64,000 nucleotides of DNA from Thermoanaerobaculia bacterium. Its GTDB lineage: Bacteria; Acidobacteriota; Thermoanaerobaculia; Multivoradales; UBA5704. The translations under genes and the position numbers were made by a program. Location of the stretch: assembly GCA_044226625.1 (NCBI GenBank), contig JBGAGQ010000010.1, positions 69,813-133,812 on the forward strand, in the 5' to 3' direction. Below the pieces are notes generated by a model. That model was not told the DNA's origin and made no database searches. It saw only the letters and a list, made by a program, of their open reading frames with translations. Shown one piece after another: positions 59,841 through 64,000 of the stretch (positions are counted from its first letter, which is position 1; each line of letters starts with the position of its first letter).

Positions 59841-60378
59841 CGCCCGATCCGGTTCCGGAGATCTCCACCGCCAGCCAGGCTTTCGCCATCGCCCAGTCGC
59901 GCTTGACCGTGGCGGGGGAAATGCCGAGCGCGTCAGCCGCCTCTTCGACGGTCATGCCGGCGAAGAACCGAAGCTCGACGATCCGCGCCTGCTGCGGATC
60001 GAGCGCCTCCAGCCGGCACAGCGCTCCCTCCAGGGCGAGTAGGTCGACGCCGGCCGACGGCGCCACGGCGAGCGAATCGGTGAGGGTGACACGAAGGTCC
60101 GAGCCGCCCCGTTTTTGGGCCTGGCGCTGGCGGTGGTGGTCGACGAGGACACGGCGCATCGTTTGGGCCGCGAGCCGAAAGAAGTGGCTGCGATCGTTCC
60201 AGGCGAGCCGGCGCTGTTCGGACAGCCGTAGATAGGCCTCGTGTACCAGGCTGGTCGGATGGATCGTGTCCCTCGCCTCGCCGCGTAGATAACGACCGGC
60301 GAGCCATCGCAGCTCGTCGTAGATCAGGGGGAGGAGGCGGTCGACGGAAGGATTGCCCCGGGCGGGGGTCTCGGGCAT
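59830..60378 (-). CDS. ECF sigma factor, kinase-associated (ECF43-like)
   Basis: [43 protein letters not shown]. Confidence 0.93.
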   Translation of the reverse strand: MPETPARGNPSVDRLLPLIYDELRWLAGRYLRGEARDTIHPTSLVHEAYLRLSEQRRLAWNDRSHFFRLAAQTMRRVLVDHHRQRQAQKRGGSDLRVTLTDSLAVAPSAGVDLLALEGALCRLEALDPQQARIVELRFFAGMTVEEAADALGISPATVKRDWAMAKAWLAVEISGTGSGDGG

Positions 60379-60516
60379 GGGGAAAGTCTAACGCCGGCAA
60401 GCGTGGGTGGCCGTGGGCCTGCCGCAGATGGCGGCCAGGCCGCCGTGGGCGGCCGAGCCGTCGGGAGCCGTCGGCATGGACCTCCCCTCCGCCGTTCCCA
60501 TAGAATCTCGCGTTCT

Positions 60517-61830
60517 ATGACCGAAAAACTGCCTTTCCCCGAGTATCGCGAGCTGAAGGAATACGTCGGCCAGCGGGTAGAGATCAAGGGCTGGATCGAC
60601 AACAAGCGTTCGAGCGGCAAGATCGCCTTCCTGCAGATCCGGCTCGACGGCCGGACCGTGCAGGCGGTGGCCGGACGGAACGACGTCGACGAAGAGACCT
60701 GGGCCGACATCGAAAGGGTGACCCAGGAGTCGACCGTCCGCGTCGTCGGCACCGTGAAGGAGGACAAGCGCTCTCCGAGCGGGGTCGAGATCCAGATGAC
60801 CGGATTTTCGATCCTCCATCTGACGGACGAATACCCGATCACGCCCAAGGAGCACGGCACGGCGTTCCTGATGGAGCACCGGCACCTCTGGCTGCGGTCC
60901 TCCCGGCAGCGCGCGGCGCTCCGCGTGCGGAGCGAGGTCGAGCAGGCGATCCGCGACTTCTTCTACACCCGGGATTTCACGCTGATCGACTCGCCGATCC
61001 TCACGCCTGCGGCGTGCGAGGGGACCTCGACGCTGTTCGAGACCGACTATTTCGGCGACAAGGCGTTTCTCTCGCAGTCGGGCCAGCTCTACCTCGAACC
61101 GGCCGCGGCGGCGCTCGGCAAGGTCTACTGTTTCGGGCCGACGTTCCGCGCCGAGAAGTCGAAGACGCGCCGCCATCTGATGGAGTTCTGGATGGTCGAG
61201 CCCGAGGTGGCGTTCCTCGAGTTCGACGGGCTCACAGAGCTCGCGGGCGAATTCGTGGGCTATCTCGTCGGCCGCGTGCTCGAGCGGCGGCGTGAAGAGT
61301 TGAAGGTCCTCGAACGCGATATCGCGAAGCTCGAGAAGATCGTCCCGCCGTTCCCGCGCATCAGCTACACCCGCGCGGTCGAGATCCTGAACGAGCAGGG
61401 GAACCCGATCGTCTGGGGCGACGACTTCGGCGGCGACGAGGAGACGATCCTCGCGAGCCAGTTCGAGCAACCGGTGATCGTCACCGACTTTCCGGCGGCG
61501 TTCAAGGCGTTCTACATGCAGCCGTCGCCGAACCCCGAGCCGGGGCGCGAGACGGTGCTCGGCATGGACCTCCTTGCGCCCGAGGGGTACGGCGAGATCA
61601 TCGGCGGCAGCCAGCGCATCCACGACCACGACCTGCTGATGTCGCGGATCAAGCAGCACGACCTGCCGGTCGAGGCGTTCCAGTGGTACCTCGACGTCCG
61701 CCGCTTCGGAGGTTACCCTCACAGCGGCTTCGGCATGGGCATCGAGCGCTTCGTCGCCTGGATGTGCGGCCTGCCGCACCTGCGGGAGACGATTCCGTAT
61801 CCTCGGATGCTGTACAAGATCTACCCGTAG
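60517..61830 (+). CDS. asnS: Asparagine--tRNA ligase
   Basis: OB-fold N-terminus, [60 protein letters not shown]. Confidence 0.96.
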   Translation: MTEKLPFPEYRELKEYVGQRVEIKGWIDNKRSSGKIAFLQIRLDGRTVQAVAGRNDVDEETWADIERVTQESTVRVVGTVKEDKRSPSGVEIQMTGFSILHLTDEYPITPKEHGTAFLMEHRHLWLRSSRQRAALRVRSEVEQAIRDFFYTRDFTLIDSPILTPAACEGTSTLFETDYFGDKAFLSQSGQLYLEPAAAALGKVYCFGPTFRAEKSKTRRHLMEFWMVEPEVAFLEFDGLTELAGEFVGYLVGRVLERRREELKVLERDIAKLEKIVPPFPRISYTRAVEILNEQGNPIVWGDDFGGDEETILASQFEQPVIVTDFPAAFKAFYMQPSPNPEPGRETVLGMDLLAPEGYGEIIGGSQRIHDHDLLMSRIKQHDLPVEAFQWYLDVRRFGGYPHSGFGMGIERFVAWMCGLPHLRETIPYPRMLYKIYP

Positions 61831-61915
61831 GAGGAGGCCGCCTCCGGGCGGCCGTTCCGCTGTTCTGACCCGGAAATACGTCTCCAAAATCTTGCGGATG
61901 GGGCTTAGTAGTTCG

Positions 61916-63385
61916 TCAGTCGCCCAGCGAAGCGACCCGATTGTCGCCAGCAACGGTAAGAGTATCAACAATTCTGTGCCACGCGTCCCGCAATGGCGGC
62001 GACACGACATGCGGTCGCATGCGCTCAAGCCAACCCGGGAGTAGAAAGCTGTGATTCGCAATTCGCTCGGGATTGGCCTGCACCAGAAATTCGATCCATG
62101 GCAGCCCGACCTCCGCCTGCCGTTCCGAAGGTATACGGTCCAAAAGCTGGACCAGCGCATCGAGGGGCCTTGAATAGCCGGCGGCGAGAGGAAGCCATCG
62201 TTTGATCTGGGATGTTAAGGCGACCGGGTCTTCCCACGGAATTGAATCGCCTTCAAACTCCCGATGTAGGTATCCGAGCTCATACGAAGGCGTTGGAATA
62301 ACCGCGGCGAGCGGATCCTGTGCGTAGTGGCGGTCGTTTCTCGGGCAGGCACCTGACTCTACAAGATGCAAGACTCGCTCAAGCACTGCCGGCCAGACCT
62401 CGCGAGCGGCGGTGGCGCGTCTCTTCGTCTCCTCACCCACCGCGGCCAGCGCGTGAAGAAATTCACCGAGTAGGCGCGGCTTGTCGGCATAGGCATCGAG
62501 GTGAGAGAAGAGGATAGAGCTGTCACCCGTTGCCGCAATCTCTAGGACGGCCCTGGCCGCCGCAGCGGCATCATCGGAGCTATGGTTGTAACCGTGCTTG
62601 TAGTCGCACATGCCGCGCCGGTGCGCTGCGAGGAGGACTTTGAGCAGGTCATAGGCGTTGGTCCGACAGCAGGCGCTCGACACAGCAGCGGCTGCGGTCC
62701 CTCGAATCGAAGCGCTCAATCGAGGCACGTTTACACGGTCGCACGCCGCTTGCGGTAGGTCTGATGCTACCGGTCCGTCAATATGAATAGTTTGATTGCG
62801 TTGCTGTTGTGAATCCCATGGACCGATGAGGCAGTCGCGCGCGATGTCTTCAATGGTAGCTAGTGCGACGACATGGTGACACCTTTCAACGGTGGTGTCG
62901 CAAGGGGTCTCCCAGAGCGAGTCGAAGCCACGAGCGAGAAACAGCCGCGCCTCGTTGGCGCCTGCCTTGATGATCCACCGAATAGCTCTAGCTATCGCTT
63001 CCTCGTCAATGCCTTCCGTAGCCAGCTGCTCCCTTAGGCCACTTGCACTAGGCATCAAGAGCAGGGGCAGAGCGCGTGCCGCGGACCGGTCTACTCCAGA
63101 TCCGAAAACGGAATAGTCAGCCTCGAACGCCCCCTGGTCAGCGAGGATGTTGAGAAGGGCAACAAGAACGCCCGCCGCCCAGGTTAAATCATCCTTCGAC
63201 ACCTCGATGCCATCACGTAAGTTTGCTTCGAGAGCAGCGGCTGCGATGGCAGCTGGCGCATCGAAAGGACGATCGGGGCCCGCCTGTGGAGGGTCGTTTG
63301 CGAGGTCTCTGGCCACAGCGAGGTCAGCCAATAGCTCGGCGCGCAGGATAGGTGCTCGCTTGGCGATATGGTCGTACCGGTCAGA
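61916..63385 (-). pseudogene. 3' part (about 490 codons) of a large lower-GC gene interrupted by IS66
   Basis: Long helical-looking open frame with lower GC than the flanks; its 5' portion in the ORF track runs over IS sequence. Confidence 0.65.
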
Positions 63386-63483
63386 GTAACGAAACATGAG
63401 TCTGAATGGTACCTCCTCGCCCTGCCCCGTCTTTCCCGTGAACACGACCTCTGGCAGCGTCGCCGACCGAGAGGAGGAAGGCG

Positions 63484-63819
63484 ATGGAAGAATTGCTGGC
63501 GGAGTTTCGACGGGGAGCAGGTTTGCGTCCGAGAGTTGCGTTCCATCGGGATTTGCGTGAGCTGGCTTGCCAGTACGCGCGCGAAGCGGCGGCTCATGGT
63601 GTGAGCCTTCACCGAATCGCGGTGACGCTCGGGATCCATGACAAGACGCTGCAACGCTGGCTTGAAGGGAAGTCGGCGCCGAAGAGTGAGGCGCTCGTGC
63701 GGGAGGTCCGGGTCGTCCAGGAGCCTCGCTCCACCCCCGTACTCGTGACGCCCTCCGGCCTGCGCGTCGAAGGTCTCTCGATTCCCGAGATCGTGGTCTT
63801 GCTGGAGGCGTTGCGTTGA
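63484..63819 (+). CDS. tnpA: IS66 TnpA-like HTH accessory protein
   Basis: IAVTLGIHDKTLQRW HTH; LVTPSGLRVEGL; overlaps tnpB. Confidence 0.75.
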   Translation: MEELLAEFRRGAGLRPRVAFHRDLRELACQYAREAAAHGVSLHRIAVTLGIHDKTLQRWLEGKSAPKSEALVREVRVVQEPRSTPVLVTPSGLRVEGLSIPEIVVLLEALR

Positions 63820-64000
63820 TCGGGCTCGGTCGCGCGGGCCGGGTCTTCGCGCACACGGCACCTGCGGATCTGCGCAACGGATTTGACGGTCTGGCCGCTC
63901 TGGTCGTCGAACGCCTCGGGGCCGAGGCGACGAGCGGCGATCTCTACCTCTTCGTCAACCGCGACCGGACGCGGACCAAGATCCTGTGGTGGGACGGCAC
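63816..64000 (+). CDS. tnpB: IS66 TnpB (Orf2) accessory protein, partial
   Basis: PADLRNGFDGL...GDLYLFVNRDRTRTKILWWDG. Confidence 0.92.
   Translation, partial: MIGLGRAGRVFAHTAPADLRNGFDGLAALVVERLGAEATSGDLYLFVNRDRTRTKILWWDG

Larger units (their letters stand above)
63386..64000 (+). mobile_element. IS66 family element (left part)
   Basis: GTAA left end inferred at 63386; tnpA-tnpB order; runs off the window. Confidence 0.85.

Noticed and set aside
63816-64000. tnpB as an RNA-guided TnpB nuclease
   Set aside because: This is the unrelated small IS66 Orf2 accessory protein

Overview
GC-rich bacterial window; the gene content (CHAT/ECF modules, STK-TPR kinases, LxLxxETL-leader peptides) suggests Acidobacteriota, possibly Thermoanaerobaculia (inference). 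Left to right: cytochrome c, NCS1 permease and membrane glycosyltransferase; an ECF sigma/zinc anti-sigma/TPR-CHAT trio; an orphan molybdopterin hydroxylase large subunit; a complete type I-C CRISPR-Cas locus (cas3-5-8c-7-4-1-2, about 150 repeats) with AbiE-like, VapBC and Rpn toxin-antitoxin-like modules around it; a sigma54 activator/kinase pair flanked by sigma54-type promoters, one ahead of an aegerolysin-like gene; two convergent ECF-kinase-secreted protein modules enclosing three orphan Cys-rich RiPP-like precursors; asnS; and a lower-GC gene cut by IS66. Two signals stand out. (1) A solitary diverged CRISPR repeat upstream of cas3 has a 'spacer' matching a TTC-PAM-flanked site beside a predicted promoter that precedes an unannotated strong-SD mini-ORF and cas3 (CreR/CreTA-like self-regulation). 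(2) Paired promoter motifs link each ECF/kinase module to specific targets, including two peptide precursors. cas4, cas1 and much of the array show signs of sequencing or assembly error.
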